NCBI GenBank assembly: GCA_048060725.1
Contig: JBGMQU010000006.1
Span: 1-54,115, forward strand
Source of the DNA: Gemmatimonadota bacterium
GTDB lineage: Bacteria; Gemmatimonadota; Gemmatimonadetes; Palauibacterales; Palauibacteraceae
Direction of reading: 5' to 3'
Length of the DNA stretch: 54,115 nucleotides
The translations under genes and the position numbers were made by a program. Below are positions 36,572-46,493 of the stretch, piece after piece (the first letter of the stretch is position 1; the number at the start of each line of letters is the position of its first letter). The notes beneath the pieces are model-generated. The model did not search any database. It had not been told where the DNA came from and worked only from the letters and a program-made list of their open reading frames with translations.

Positions 36572-36812
36572 CGTAGTAGTCCTCGGCGCGCATCAGCACC
36601 CGGCGGAGTTGTTTGCCGGCCATGACGATGAAGAAGAACGCCGCGAAACCGAAAAACCCGTGCGCCCCGAACCACTCCTCCCACCGGAAGTCGACGTGTT
36701 TGTCGTAGAAGAGGTCGGCGACCACGAGCCCGACGCAGACGGCAGCGAGGGCCCATACCAGCCGGGTCACGTTCCGGGGGTTGTCGAGCCAGTCCTTGCC
36801 GGGCTCTCTCAT
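36564..36812 (-). CDS. Small membrane protein within the mrp operon
   Basis: Two TM segments and C-terminal LMRAEDYYDE. Overlaps both neighbours. Confidence 0.75.
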   Translation of the reverse strand: MREPGKDWLDNPRNVTRLVWALAAVCVGLVVADLFYDKHVDFRWEEWFGAHGFFGFAAFFFIVMAGKQLRRVLMRAEDYYDE

Positions 36813-38272
36813 GCGCCCACCAGCGGTGCGAGGAGCGCACGCACCTCATCCGCAAAGAAGAACAGCACGATGGAACCCGCGGCCGTGAAGCAGATCGGAA
36901 GGAGGCAGAACAGGGGGGCTTCCTTGATCTTCGGGCGCGCCGGCCCGTCCGGGACGGGGGAAAAGAACGCCCGGACTGGAATCGGCATCAGATAGGCGAT
37001 ATTCAGCAGCGAGCTCAGCAGCAGCACGGCGATCAGCGCCAACTGCCCCGCCTCGGCCGCGCCCAGCACGAGGAACCACTTGCTCCACGTCCCCCCGGTG
37101 GGAGGCAGTCCGATAACGCTTAGCGCCCCGATCGCGAAGCAGGCCATCGTGATCGGCATGGTGCGTCCCAGGCCGCGCATGTCGCTGATCTCGGTCTTGT
37201 GGGTCGCGACGTAGATCGCGCCCGCGGCGAAGAACAGGGTGATCTTCCCGAACGCATGCATCACGATGTGCATCCCGCCACCGATGATTCCATACGAATT
37301 TGCGAGCGCCGCACCGAGCACGATGTACGAGAGTTGACTGATGGTCGAGTAGGCCAGCCGGCGCTTCAGGTTGTCCTGTCGCATGGCGATCAGCGACGCC
37401 AGGAGAATCGTCGTTCCCGCCGCGTACATGAGCCAGACGTTGGCCCCGGTCGTCGTCAGGAGATCCAGCCCGAAGATGTACACGACGACCTTGAGGATCG
37501 TGAACACCCCGGCCTTCACGACCGCGACCGCGTGGAGCAGGGCGCTCACCGGTGTCGGTGCGACCATCGCGGCCGGAAGCCACCGATGGACCGGCATCAA
37601 CGCCGCCTTGCCGGTCCCGAAGGCGTAGAGGAGAAGGAGCACCAGCACGACGCTGTCGGTCGCCTTCCCCGCCAGGATCCCGCCCTCTGTGAAATCGAGC
37701 GTCCCCGCCACGACCCATGTCCATACCACCGCGAGCAGCAACAGGGCGACAGAGGTCGACATCAGAATCGTGAGATAGGTCCGCGCGCCCTTCACCGCCT
37801 TCTCGGTTCCCGCGTGTGACACCAGCGGGTACGTCGCAAGCGTGAGCACTTCGTAGAAGACGAAGAGGGTGAGCAGGTTGCCGGCGAGCGCGACGCCCAT
37901 GGTCGCGAAGATCGAGATGGCGAACGCGACGTAGTAACGCGTCTGGTTGCGCTCGTGATGAGCGCGCATATAGCCGATCGAGTAGACCGACGTCACGACC
38001 CACAACCCGGACGCGACGAGAGCGAAGAGCATTCCGAGCGGTTCGAGCGTGAACTCGATCGATATCCCCGGCAGTATCTCGAAGCAGGTCAGGGTCGGGC
38101 GTTCTCCCGCCATGACGGCCGGTACCAGCGACGCGACGACCGAGAAGAGGGCTCCGCCGGTAACGAGCGTCGCCGTCTCCCTCAGATTCGGCCGCCGACC
38201 CAGGACCAGGATCGCGAGGGCGCCTACCAGCGGAAGGCTCAGGACCAACCAGAGCGAGGTGGTCGCGCTCAT
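36809..38272 (-). CDS. Mrp antiporter MrpD-like subunit
   Basis: Motifs FYEVLT, KAALMPVHRWLP, SALLHAVAVVKAG and LAYSTISQL. Confidence 0.9.
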   Translation of the reverse strand: MSATTSLWLVLSLPLVGALAILVLGRRPNLRETATLVTGGALFSVVASLVPAVMAGERPTLTCFEILPGISIEFTLEPLGMLFALVASGLWVVTSVYSIGYMRAHHERNQTRYYVAFAISIFATMGVALAGNLLTLFVFYEVLTLATYPLVSHAGTEKAVKGARTYLTILMSTSVALLLLAVVWTWVVAGTLDFTEGGILAGKATDSVVLVLLLLYAFGTGKAALMPVHRWLPAAMVAPTPVSALLHAVAVVKAGVFTILKVVVYIFGLDLLTTTGANVWLMYAAGTTILLASLIAMRQDNLKRRLAYSTISQLSYIVLGAALANSYGIIGGGMHIVMHAFGKITLFFAAGAIYVATHKTEISDMRGLGRTMPITMACFAIGALSVIGLPPTGGTWSKWFLVLGAAEAGQLALIAVLLLSSLLNIAYLMPIPVRAFFSPVPDGPARPKIKEAPLFCLLPICFTAAGSIVLFFFADEVRALLAPLVGA

Positions 38273-39750
38273 GGTGCGCCGCTCAGGAGGGTCTCGGCCG
38301 CCTGGCGGGCAATGCTGACCGGCCCGGTCGACATCACACCGAACACGATCGTCGCGCCGATGAGAACCCATGTCGGAATCAGCATGCTCAGCGGTGCCTC
38401 ACGTACTTCGCGTTCCGGATCGAGCGGCTCCTTGAAGTACGCGGTCTCGACCACCCTCCACACATAGGTGAGTGCCAGCAGGCTGCTCAGAAGGAGGAGG
38501 ACCGCGATCCACCACCACCCCCTCTCGAGCGCAGCCTGGAGCAGGTACCATTTGCTGATAAAACCGACGGTGAGCGGCACGCCGATCAGACCGAGCCCGC
38601 CGATCACCCAGGCCATCATCGTGAACGGCATCCGGCGGCCCAGGCCCCGCATGTCGTCCAGGTCGACGGACTGCAGGCTGAACATGATGCAGCCCATGGC
38701 CATGAAGAGCCCGCCCTTCATAAGGGCGTGGTTGAACATGTGGATGATGCCGCCCGTCAAACCCGTGACCGAGGCGAAACTGATCCCGAGCACCATGTAC
38801 CCGATCTGCGCCACGCTCGAGTACGCCAGCATGCGTTTGATGTCTGTCTGAAAGATCGCGACGGTTGAAGCGACGAAGATGCCGGCGAGCGAAAGCGGCA
38901 TGAGGATCGTATCGAGCGCCCGGGCGCCGAAGACGAACTCCGGCCCGAACACGCTGAACATGAACCGCAGGAAGATGTAGACCGCCACCTTCGTCGCCGT
39001 CGCGGCAAGGAACGCCGTCACGACCGAAGGCGCGTAGGCGTACGCGTTCGGAAGCCAGATGTGGAGTGGGAACAACGCCATCTTCAGGCTGATCCCCACG
39101 GTGAGAAACCCGAAGGCCACCAGGACGGTCCTGAGTTCGGACGCCGCTGGCAGGCGCGCAGCCATGTCCGCCATGTTCAGCGTTCCGGTCATCATATACA
39201 TGAGACCGATGCCGATGAGGATGAACGTCGCGCCGATCGTCCCCATCACCAGATACTGGAACGCGGCCGGGAGGGCCTGCCGTCGCCCCCCCATGCCGAT
39301 CAGCGTGTACGACGACAGCGCCGAGATCTCGAGGAAAACAAAGAGGTTGAAGAGGTCGCCGGTGATCACGATTCCTAGAAGGCCCGTAAGACACAGCAGG
39401 TATACCGAGCAGAACAGATAGTGGCGGCCCTCGGGAATCTCCTCGGTGAGCGATCTCGGGGCGTACGTCAACACGATCGCGCCGATGGCCGAAACGAAGA
39501 CCAGTACGAATGCGCTCAGTACGTCGATTCGGTACTCGATCCCCCAGGGCGCCGACCACCCGCCCATCTCGTAGCGGATCACGCCGCCGGAGAGGACATC
39601 CCCGAGGAGATGGAGCGCGATTCCGAACGTCAGCCAGCAGATGGCGATCGCGAAGCCGAGGACCAGCGAACGTCTGCGGAGAAGAATACAGAGCGGGGCC
39701 GCGACCAGCGGAACCACGATCTGGAGGACGGGGAGGTTCGACTCGATCAC
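38269..39750 (-). CDS. mrpD: Mrp antiporter subunit D
   Basis: Motifs GDLFNLFVFLE, LKMALFPLHIWLP and LAYSSVAQIGY. Confidence 0.9.
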   Translation of the reverse strand: MIESNLPVLQIVVPLVAAPLCILLRRRSLVLGFAIAICWLTFGIALHLLGDVLSGGVIRYEMGGWSAPWGIEYRIDVLSAFVLVFVSAIGAIVLTYAPRSLTEEIPEGRHYLFCSVYLLCLTGLLGIVITGDLFNLFVFLEISALSSYTLIGMGGRRQALPAAFQYLVMGTIGATFILIGIGLMYMMTGTLNMADMAARLPAASELRTVLVAFGFLTVGISLKMALFPLHIWLPNAYAYAPSVVTAFLAATATKVAVYIFLRFMFSVFGPEFVFGARALDTILMPLSLAGIFVASTVAIFQTDIKRMLAYSSVAQIGYMVLGISFASVTGLTGGIIHMFNHALMKGGLFMAMGCIMFSLQSVDLDDMRGLGRRMPFTMMAWVIGGLGLIGVPLTVGFISKWYLLQAALERGWWWIAVLLLLSSLLALTYVWRVVETAYFKEPLDPEREVREAPLSMLIPTWVLIGATIVFGVMSTGPVSIARQAAETLLSGAP

Positions 39751-40106
39751 GCCGCGTCGTCCTGGGCCCGAATCTCGTCGTCCTCGATCGTTTCGTACGC
39801 CTCGCGGATTCTCACGATCAGGGCCAGCGCCACCGCGGTCGTGGCGACGCCGACGACGATCGCCGTCAGGATGAGCACCCCGGGAAGCGGATTTGAATAG
39901 ACCGTGAAGTCTTCGCGCACGATCGGCGCGGTTCCGCCGCGGATCTTGCCTATCGATACGTACAGGAGAAAGACGGACGTCTGGAAGATGCTGAGGCCGA
40001 TGACCTTCTTGATGAGGTTGGCGTGTGCGATCACGATGTAGAAGCCGGTCATCATCAGGAAGATGACGACCCAGTAGTTGTAGTAGTCGAGCACCGTTTC
40101 GATCAT
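39747..40106 (-). CDS. mrpC: Mrp antiporter subunit C
   Basis: Motifs NLIKKVIGL and NPLPGVLILTAIVVG. Confidence 0.92.
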   Translation of the reverse strand: MIETVLDYYNYWVVIFLMMTGFYIVIAHANLIKKVIGLSIFQTSVFLLYVSIGKIRGGTAPIVREDFTVYSNPLPGVLILTAIVVGVATTAVALALIVRIREAYETIEDDEIRAQDDAA

Positions 40107-40525
40107 GCCCGACCCCGGCTGGCGAAGGCCGAAAAGACGGCGAACATCACCGATGCCACCGTCAGTCCCACTCCGAACTCTATGATCAGGAGACCCCAGT
40201 GCTGCCCGTGTGCCGGGTGGTCCGGGGTGAACACACCGTACTCCAGAAAGGCCCCACCGAGCGCCATCGTCGCGATGCCCGTGCCCGCGTAGATGAGCAC
40301 TCCGACGGCGATGAGGGTTTCCACGAGTCGCTCCGGCGCGACCCGCTGAGCCTGGGAGAGCCCGAAGATCAGCGCGTAGAGGATGAACGCCGCAGCGAAG
40401 ATGACGCCGGCCTGGAACCCGCCACCCGGGCCGTAGTCGCCGTGAAACTGGACGTAGAGTGCGAACAGGAGGATGAAGGGAATGACGGTCTTGGCCATCA
40501 CCCGAAGGATGGTGAGTCGGGTCAC
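40103..40525 (-). CDS. mrpB: Mrp antiporter subunit B
   Basis: Motifs HGDYGPGGGFQAG and EFGVGLTV. Confidence 0.9.
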   Translation of the reverse strand: MTRLTILRVMAKTVIPFILLFALYVQFHGDYGPGGGFQAGVIFAAAFILYALIFGLSQAQRVAPERLVETLIAVGVLIYAGTGIATMALGGAFLEYGVFTPDHPAHGQHWGLLIIEFGVGLTVASVMFAVFSAFASRGRA

Positions 40526-41118
40526 GTCACGTCTTCCCCGGCCGCGGGGTCGGTTTCGTCGTCGTCAGGACGCGCTCGACTTCCGCGCAACAAGACGAGG
40601 ACTCCGATGCCGGCCGTAAAGATCACGACGGTCTCACCGAGCGTATCGTACCCCCGGTAGCTACCCAGGACCGCAGTGACGACGTTGGGTATGTCGATGT
40701 CGTGCGCGGTCCGCTCGACATAGGAGGGGCTCGGGTAGACGTTGGCCGGAGCGGTCCCGTCGCCGAACGCCGGCATGTCGATCGTCCCGTACGCGAGGAT
40801 CGCCCCGGTCACGGCGACGACGAGCAAGGGCAACACCGGAGAGCGTTCTTGCGCCCTGGCCCGCGTGGTGGTCAACGCCAGAGTGGCCAGGACGAGGATG
40901 GTCGAGATGCCGGCGCCCACCGCCGCCTCGGTGAACGCGACGTCGGGGGCATCGAGCAGCAGCATCCACGACGCGCCCAGGAAACTGTAGATCCCCATGA
41001 GCATGACCGCCGCGAACAGCTCACGCATGCGGACGACGGCAATCGCGGTCGCGGCCAGCAACGTGAGGATCAGCGCCGTCACAAGCTCGACTTCGAAGCT
41101 TATGAGGGGGGAGGTCAC
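40522..41118 (-). CDS. MrpA C-terminal-like (DUF4040/MrpB-related) subunit
   Basis: Motifs APDVAFTEAAVGAG and NVVTAVLGSYRGYDTLGE. Confidence 0.88.
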   Translation of the reverse strand: MTSPLISFEVELVTALILTLLAATAIAVVRMRELFAAVMLMGIYSFLGASWMLLLDAPDVAFTEAAVGAGISTILVLATLALTTTRARAQERSPVLPLLVVAVTGAILAYGTIDMPAFGDGTAPANVYPSPSYVERTAHDIDIPNVVTAVLGSYRGYDTLGETVVIFTAGIGVLVLLRGSRARPDDDETDPAAGEDVT

Positions 41119-41471
41119 GAGGTTGCCTCCACGTCCCGCTCGTCCATGTCCGGAGACCCCGCCGGATCGTCAGCCAGTTCCGGGTCGAGACCGCTTGCGA
41201 GCGCCGCTTTCGCAAGCGCATGGGTTGCGGTGGGGCCGGTGATCCAGAGGAGGAGGAGGATCATCATGAGCTTGACGGTCACGAGGGACGGGCCGGCGTA
41301 CAACATCAATCCGATAAGGACCAGTCCGGCCCCCATGGTGTCCGTGATCCCCGCCCCATGGATCCGCGTAAAGAAGTCGGGAAGTCGCATCACCCCCACT
41401 CCGCCGATCACGACGAACAGAGTTCCGACGAGGACGAGCCCGGTTCCGGCGGTCTGCAGAATCGTCTCCAT
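41115..41471 (-). CDS. mrpG: Mrp antiporter subunit G
   Basis: Motifs RLPDFFTRIHGAGITDTMG and PTATHALA. Confidence 0.92.
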   Translation of the reverse strand: METILQTAGTGLVLVGTLFVVIGGVGVMRLPDFFTRIHGAGITDTMGAGLVLIGLMLYAGPSLVTVKLMMILLLLWITGPTATHALAKAALASGLDPELADDPAGSPDMDERDVEATS

Positions 41472-41773
41472 TAGACGACGCCTCCCGAGGCGCCGGCGAC
41501 GGGATCGTCTTCCGGGTCCCCGAAATGGCCATACCAGGAGAACCTCAGGACCGCGATGACGCCGATGAAATTCATGAGAGCGTAGACCAGCGCGAGGTCG
41601 AGAAAATCGGGGCGTCCGGTCAGGAACCCCATGACCGAGATCAGCAGGACCGTTTTGGTCCCGAACATGTTGAGCGCGAGGATCCGATCGAACACGGTCG
41701 GTCCCCGACTGGCGCGGATCAGCGCGAGCGCCATCGTGACGAGGATCCCGGCCATGGCGGCGGCGAACATCAT
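41471..41773 (-). CDS. mrpF: Mrp antiporter subunit F
   Basis: Motifs GPTVFDRILA and LDLALVYALMNF. Confidence 0.92.
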   Translation of the reverse strand: MMFAAAMAGILVTMALALIRASRGPTVFDRILALNMFGTKTVLLISVMGFLTGRPDFLDLALVYALMNFIGVIAVLRFSWYGHFGDPEDDPVAGASGGVV

Positions 41774-42246
41774 GCCCTCCCCTCGAGGCGGCAGACGCGT
41801 CGGTCCATCTCTCCCGTCATCACGCCTTCAGCGGCCTCGTCGGTCAGGGCGTGAACGGTGATCGTGTCGCCTTCGGTATCGACGGATACAGTGCCGGGCG
41901 TGAGCGTGATGGAGTTCGCGTAGATCACTCGCCCCACATCCCCTCGTTGCCCCGCCTTCACTTCGATCATGCGGGGCCGAATGGGCAGACGCGGATTCAG
42001 GATCAGCGCCGCGACATCGAGATTCGATTTCACGATCTCCAGAAACAACCATGGCAGGTAGATGAGGAGCCGGGGCGGGAGGGCCAGGGGGTCGGGCCCA
42101 TCCTCGACGATGCCCATGCGGTGGGAGAGGTAGAGCGAAAGCAGCACGGAGGCCACGCCAAGCGTGATCAGCAGAGGCTCGAATTTCCATGACCAGAGGA
42201 CCCAGACTCCCGCGAGGGAGACGAGCAGACCGATCGTATACCTCAC
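41770..42246 (-). CDS. mrpE: Mrp antiporter subunit E
   Basis: Motifs EIVKSNLDVA, ANSITLTPGT and VHAL. Confidence 0.92.
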   Translation of the reverse strand: MRYTIGLLVSLAGVWVLWSWKFEPLLITLGVASVLLSLYLSHRMGIVEDGPDPLALPPRLLIYLPWLFLEIVKSNLDVAALILNPRLPIRPRMIEVKAGQRGDVGRVIYANSITLTPGTVSVDTEGDTITVHALTDEAAEGVMTGEMDRRVCRLEGRA

Positions 42247-42318
42247 CGGCAGCGCTCCTGTGCACCGCGCTCGCTATCTGGTGGGGTGCTGAACATGAGG
42301 AAGACCCTCATCTGAATT

Positions 42319-42690
42319 TCAGTATGCCTGGTCGACCTGGATCCGACGAGTGCGGACCCACTGCCACCGACCGAAGAAGTCGATTGGGTCAGGATATTGG
42401 ATAACGATCTGTATCCGACTTCCCGGAAACCGCCGGATCGTCGCTTGACCCGCGACGGTCGGAAGTTGACGGGCGGCGACCGTCGCGGCAATGGCATCCC
42501 GAATCGCCTGATCATCGCGCTCGGCCGCCAGGCTGGCCTGGCGCTGAACCTCTCCGACCAGCTGCCGGTAGTCGATCTCGCTCCCCGCGTACAGCACCGC
42601 GGCATACCCCGCCAGGGTCAGAAACAGGAGTCCGACGAGGCACCCGACCCGGCTCGCTCCGGCCGAACCCCGCATGCGACCTGCTACCAT
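42319..42690 (-). CDS. Hypothetical single-TM protein
   Basis: GCLVGLLFLTLAGYAAV TM segment followed by a helical periplasmic part. Start at 42690 or 42675. Confidence 0.65.
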   Translation of the reverse strand: MVAGRMRGSAGASRVGCLVGLLFLTLAGYAAVLYAGSEIDYRQLVGEVQRQASLAAERDDQAIRDAIAATVAARQLPTVAGQATIRRFPGSRIQIVIQYPDPIDFFGRWQWVRTRRIQVDQAY

Positions 42691-43193
42691 TGAGATTGGG
42701 CTCCGTCGACGACCTTCTGAACCAGGTTCTCGATGGCGACGAGGATGCCCTGGTCTTCCGTCTCGCTGCCGGGGACGTACTCGCCCGCGCCGCTGAGCCC
42801 CGAGCTCTGCCAGAGGATGGCGTTTTCCCGCCGGTCGAGAATCTCGACCTCCGCCGTGATCGTGACGCGACGCTGGAACACGTCCGCGCCCGTGCCCTCG
42901 ACCGCATCGAAGTTGACTGCCGCGTCGGCGTAGCGGCGAATGACGGCGGTAATGATCGCGTCGGCCTCGTCCTCTGCCGCCAACTGGAGGCCCAGACGCT
43001 GTCGCGTCGCGGTCAGCAACTCGTCGGCCAGCGTCTCGGCCAGGCCGAACCGGGTGCTCAGGTTGTCCACGGGCCGTACGTACGCGGTCCGGATGTGGCT
43101 GGGAAGTCCACCCCCGCCCGAGAAGCTGTAGCAGCCCGCACTCGCCAGCGCGACGACAACCAGGAGGCACGACCCACCGTACTTCCTCAACAC
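42684..43193 (-). CDS. lptE: LptE-family lipoprotein
   Basis: Lipobox SAG-C, then YSFSGGGGLPSHIRT..V.N and DAIITAVI. The GTG start at 43193 is inferred. Confidence 0.75.
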   Translation of the reverse strand: MLRKYGGSCLLVVVALASAGCYSFSGGGGLPSHIRTAYVRPVDNLSTRFGLAETLADELLTATRQRLGLQLAAEDEADAIITAVIRRYADAAVNFDAVEGTGADVFQRRVTITAEVEILDRRENAILWQSSGLSGAGEYVPGSETEDQGILVAIENLVQKVVDGAQSQW

Positions 43194-43200
43194 CCTTCTA
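43176..43200 (-). repeat. Dispersed 25-bp motif, copy E
   Basis: TAGAAGGGTGTTGAGGAAGTACGGT. Confidence 0.65.
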
Positions 43201-43887
43201 ACCATTGGGCGAAATGTCATAGATGTCCTCCGGCCATCGGTCTTCCTGCGGGATCACCCGCACCAACTGCCAACGAACGACGTTCGGCGTAACGTCGTCG
43301 CGGTATCGCGCTTCGCTGGGCCACGCGGGATCCTCTCCCCACTCGAGTACGATACGGCGGAGTAACCTGCTCCCTCGCCGCTCCTCGACCCGTTCGAGCC
43401 GTCCGTTGTCAAAATAGAAATATCGCACACTGCCGTCAGCAGTGGCATACCCGAGGACATCGAGGTCCCCGCTCCGGAAGCCTTCGACCGGACTCCCCGG
43501 TCCCGGGCGAAACACGCCGGCCATGGCGTAGAGAAACGTCGGCGGCGGGAACTGGACGTCCTCGATCTGCCCTCCGATCACGAGATCGTCGTCCACGAGG
43601 GCCGCCCGCATGGAGCCTTCGGCGGTGGAGTAGAGGTCGAGGCGGAAGCGGTCGGGCGGGTTCACGCGACTGGCGCCGTCACCTCGGAGGCGCCCCCGAT
43701 CATCGGCGTACTCCCATTCGAAGACGACTCGCACCGGCACGGTCGTTCCGGTGGTCGCGACGGCCGTAGCGGCGATATCGCCGGGGTTGGTGAGCGGCTC
43801 GCCCCGTGCCATTGCCCCACCGCATCCCGCGAGGGAGAGCAGGAGCGCTGTGAGGCTGATGGAGGCCGCGTCCGTCTTCATGGCCAT
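43198..43887 (-). CDS. Hypothetical lipoprotein
   Basis: Lipobox LAG-C and a beta-rich body (PPDRFRLDL). Confidence 0.7.
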   Translation of the reverse strand: MAMKTDAASISLTALLLSLAGCGGAMARGEPLTNPGDIAATAVATTGTTVPVRVVFEWEYADDRGRLRGDGASRVNPPDRFRLDLYSTAEGSMRAALVDDDLVIGGQIEDVQFPPPTFLYAMAGVFRPGPGSPVEGFRSGDLDVLGYATADGSVRYFYFDNGRLERVEERRGSRLLRRIVLEWGEDPAWPSEARYRDDVTPNVVRWQLVRVIPQEDRWPEDIYDISPNG

Positions 43888-43936
43888 CAACGTACGAAGC
43901 GCCTCGAAACGGCGCCAAGCAAGCCGCTGAATGACG

Positions 43937-44380
43937 TCATCCTTCTGGAAGCAAGCGCTGCAGTGCCTCGCGAATTTCGACGGGCATGCGGGCGGGCCGG
44001 CCCTGCGCATTCGCACTGACGAGGACGGTTCGAGCCGTTGCCGCGACCACTCCGTCGGTCGCGCGAATCACTCGATAGGCGAACACGATGTCGCGGCTGC
44101 GAACACGCTCGACCCACGTCTCGATTACCGCGACCTCGTCGTAGAGCAAAGGGGCCAGATACTCGAGCTCGGCTCGTGTCACGGGGAGGAGAAGGCCGCC
44201 TCGCTCGAGGTCAGCGTACGAGATGCCTGCGTCCCGCATGAGGGCCGTGCGGCCCAACTCGCACCAGATAAGATAGTTGCTGTGGTGAGCACGCCCCATC
44301 TGGTCGGTCTCCGCGTACCGCACCCGCACCTCGACCGATCCGATCATCTGCGGTGTGTCGTCCGTGTTTGACGTTTCCAC
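43937..44380 (-). CDS. Acyl-CoA thioesterase (YbgC/4HBT family)
   Basis: VRVRYAETDQMGRAHHSNYLIWCELGRT. Confidence 0.9.
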   Translation of the reverse strand: METSNTDDTPQMIGSVEVRVRYAETDQMGRAHHSNYLIWCELGRTALMRDAGISYADLERGGLLLPVTRAELEYLAPLLYDEVAVIETWVERVRSRDIVFAYRVIRATDGVVAATARTVLVSANAQGRPARMPVEIREALQRLLPEG

Positions 44381-44403
44381 GCCCCGACCGTCAGCTTGCG
44401 CCG

Positions 44404-45144
44404 ATGAGTCAGCGGACCGTGGTCATCTCCGACGTACACCTCGGCGCCATCCCGGCGGCCGGCGAGGCGTCGTTTCTGTCGTTTCTCCGCCGGGTCGACC
44501 GACTCGCGGACGACCTCCTCATCAACGGCGATCTTTTCGATTTCTGGTACGAATACGATCAGGTCGTCCCACGGGGGCACTTCGCGATCCTGTCGGCGAT
44601 CCACGAGCTCGTGCGAGGCGGGATGCCCGTCCGGTTCCTGGGCGGGAACCACGACGGGTGGGCCCGCACCTTCCTCAGCGATGAGGTGGGAATGGAGATC
44701 GTGGAAGGTCCGGTCGTTCTGACAGTCGGCGGCCGTTCGGCGTACGTGGCGCACGGCGACGGCCTGGGCGGTGGCGACTGGGGGTACCGTGCCCTCAAAT
44801 GGGCGTCGCACAGTTGGCCGGGACGACGCGCCTTCCGCATGATCCACCCCGGCCTCGGGATCCCCCTCGCTCGCCGGGCGAGTCGGACAGAGACTCGAGG
44901 AAGCGGTAACCCGGAACATGTGTCGCCCCGCGCGGCGCGTCTCGAAGGGCTCGCACGGGACATACTGGCCGAACGTCACGACATCGACCTCGTCATCTTC
45001 GGACACACGCACCGGCCTCAACTCGAGGAGATCCGTCCGGGCAGATTCTATCTGAACGCCGGCGACTGGATCCACCATGCGAGCTACGCGGTCGTCACAC
45101 CGGAGGGCATCGAACTCGTCATGGATGCGACCCGCGGATCCTGA
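44404..45144 (+). CDS. lpxH: UDP-2,3-diacylglucosamine hydrolase
   Basis: Motifs ISDVHLG, NGDLFDFW, GNHD, AHGDG, FGHTH and NAGDW. Confidence 0.85.
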   Translation: MSQRTVVISDVHLGAIPAAGEASFLSFLRRVDRLADDLLINGDLFDFWYEYDQVVPRGHFAILSAIHELVRGGMPVRFLGGNHDGWARTFLSDEVGMEIVEGPVVLTVGGRSAYVAHGDGLGGGDWGYRALKWASHSWPGRRAFRMIHPGLGIPLARRASRTETRGSGNPEHVSPRAARLEGLARDILAERHDIDLVIFGHTHRPQLEEIRPGRFYLNAGDWIHHASYAVVTPEGIELVMDATRGS

Positions 45145-45172
45145 GCTGCGGACGCCGGTCTGCCTGGACCAT

Positions 45173-45985
45173 TCAACCATCGAGGCCCACCCGCTCGAGA
45201 TGCTCGATGGGCGAACCGAGAAAACGTGCCGCGGTCCCGCCGAACCGTTCCGCGTCGTCCGTGACGAAGTACTCGCGCGACGGGGCCGTCTCGCCCCCCC
45301 CGGCCAACCCGAGTTCGTCAAGGATTGCGGCCGTCTCGCGGGCGGTCGCCTCGGCCGAGTCGACGAGCCGTACGTCCGGCCCGGCGATCTCCTCGAGGAG
45401 CGGGCGCAACAGAGGATAGTGGGTGCACCCCAGAACCAGGGTGTCGATGGCGGCCGCCAGCAGGTCGCCCAGATACCGTCGCGCGGTGAGCTCCGCCACC
45501 TCTCCGGTGACCCATCCCTCTTCCGCCAGGGCGACGAAAAGAGGACACGCCCGTGAGCGAACCGTGGCGTCTGTTCTGTGCCGCCGGATGGCGCGCTCGT
45601 AGACGCCGCTGTCGATCGTTCCCTGCGTGCCGATCACGCCGATCACGCCGGATCGAGTCACGTCCGCCGCCTCGCGCGCGCCCGGTCCCACGACGCCGAC
45701 GACTGGCACGTCGAGCCGTTCCGTCAGGCCCGAGCAGGCGTGAGCAGTCGCCGTATTGCACGCGATCACCAGCGCCTTTATGCCACGGCCCATGAGAAAC
45801 ATCGCTGCTTCGTCCGCGTATCGCCGGATCGTATCCGGCGACTTGGGACCGTACGGGACGCGTGCCGTGTCGCCGAGATACACCGTGGATTCATCGGGGA
45901 GTCGTTCGTGGATCGCGCGAAGCACGGTCAGTCCCCCGACCCCGGAATCGAACACGCCGATCGGCGCTCGTCGGCTCGTCGTCAC
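45173..45985 (-). CDS. murI: Glutamate racemase
   Basis: Motifs IGVFDSGVGGLTV, PYG, IACNTA and LGCTHYP. Confidence 0.96.
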   Translation of the reverse strand: MTTSRRAPIGVFDSGVGGLTVLRAIHERLPDESTVYLGDTARVPYGPKSPDTIRRYADEAAMFLMGRGIKALVIACNTATAHACSGLTERLDVPVVGVVGPGAREAADVTRSGVIGVIGTQGTIDSGVYERAIRRHRTDATVRSRACPLFVALAEEGWVTGEVAELTARRYLGDLLAAAIDTLVLGCTHYPLLRPLLEEIAGPDVRLVDSAEATARETAAILDELGLAGGGETAPSREYFVTDDAERFGGTAARFLGSPIEHLERVGLDG

Positions 45986-46485
45986 GGGACGGGTACTCTG
46001 AGACCGACCGACGCCCTGGCGGTCCCGTCGGGCGGAGCATCGATCGTGGCCTCGAAATCCCAGAAATGCGTAGACACCCACGCGTCGAGCCCGCTGACGA
46101 AGGCGATGAACACGGACATGACGATCCAGTTCTCGCGCTGCCGTGTACGAGAATCGACCAGGCCGTCGTCGGTCGGCTCGATCTTCTTCGCGGCACTCAA
46201 CTTGGCCGAACTCTTGAACACCATGAAGAGACTGATCGCCTCGGCGCCGAAGTAAATCGCACCTCGTTCGGGCCTGCCGACCTCGACCTGTCCCCAGCCG
46301 GGGAGGACCAGTGAGCGGCCGAAGGCCCCGAGCGGACTGATGGGCGGGACGGTGTCGGCGCGGGCCGAGAGCGAATCCTGGTCGACCACGACGACAGGCT
46401 CAGGGACTCGCTCCGGCTCCTGGGCGTCGAGGCTCTGAGGGGCAAGAAGGCAGCTCAACCCGAGGATCCGTGCGATGACCGGCAG
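45982..46485 (-). CDS. Hypothetical membrane/exported protein (DUF5683-like)
   Basis: SPLGAFGRSLVLPGWGQ...DAWVSTHF. Start uncertain (CTG 46485 or TTG 46458). Confidence 0.7.
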   Translation of the reverse strand: MPVIARILGLSCLLAPQSLDAQEPERVPEPVVVVDQDSLSARADTVPPISPLGAFGRSLVLPGWGQVEVGRPERGAIYFGAEAISLFMVFKSSAKLSAAKKIEPTDDGLVDSRTRQRENWIVMSVFIAFVSGLDAWVSTHFWDFEATIDAPPDGTARASVGLRVPVP

Positions 46486-46493
46486 GCGAAAAT

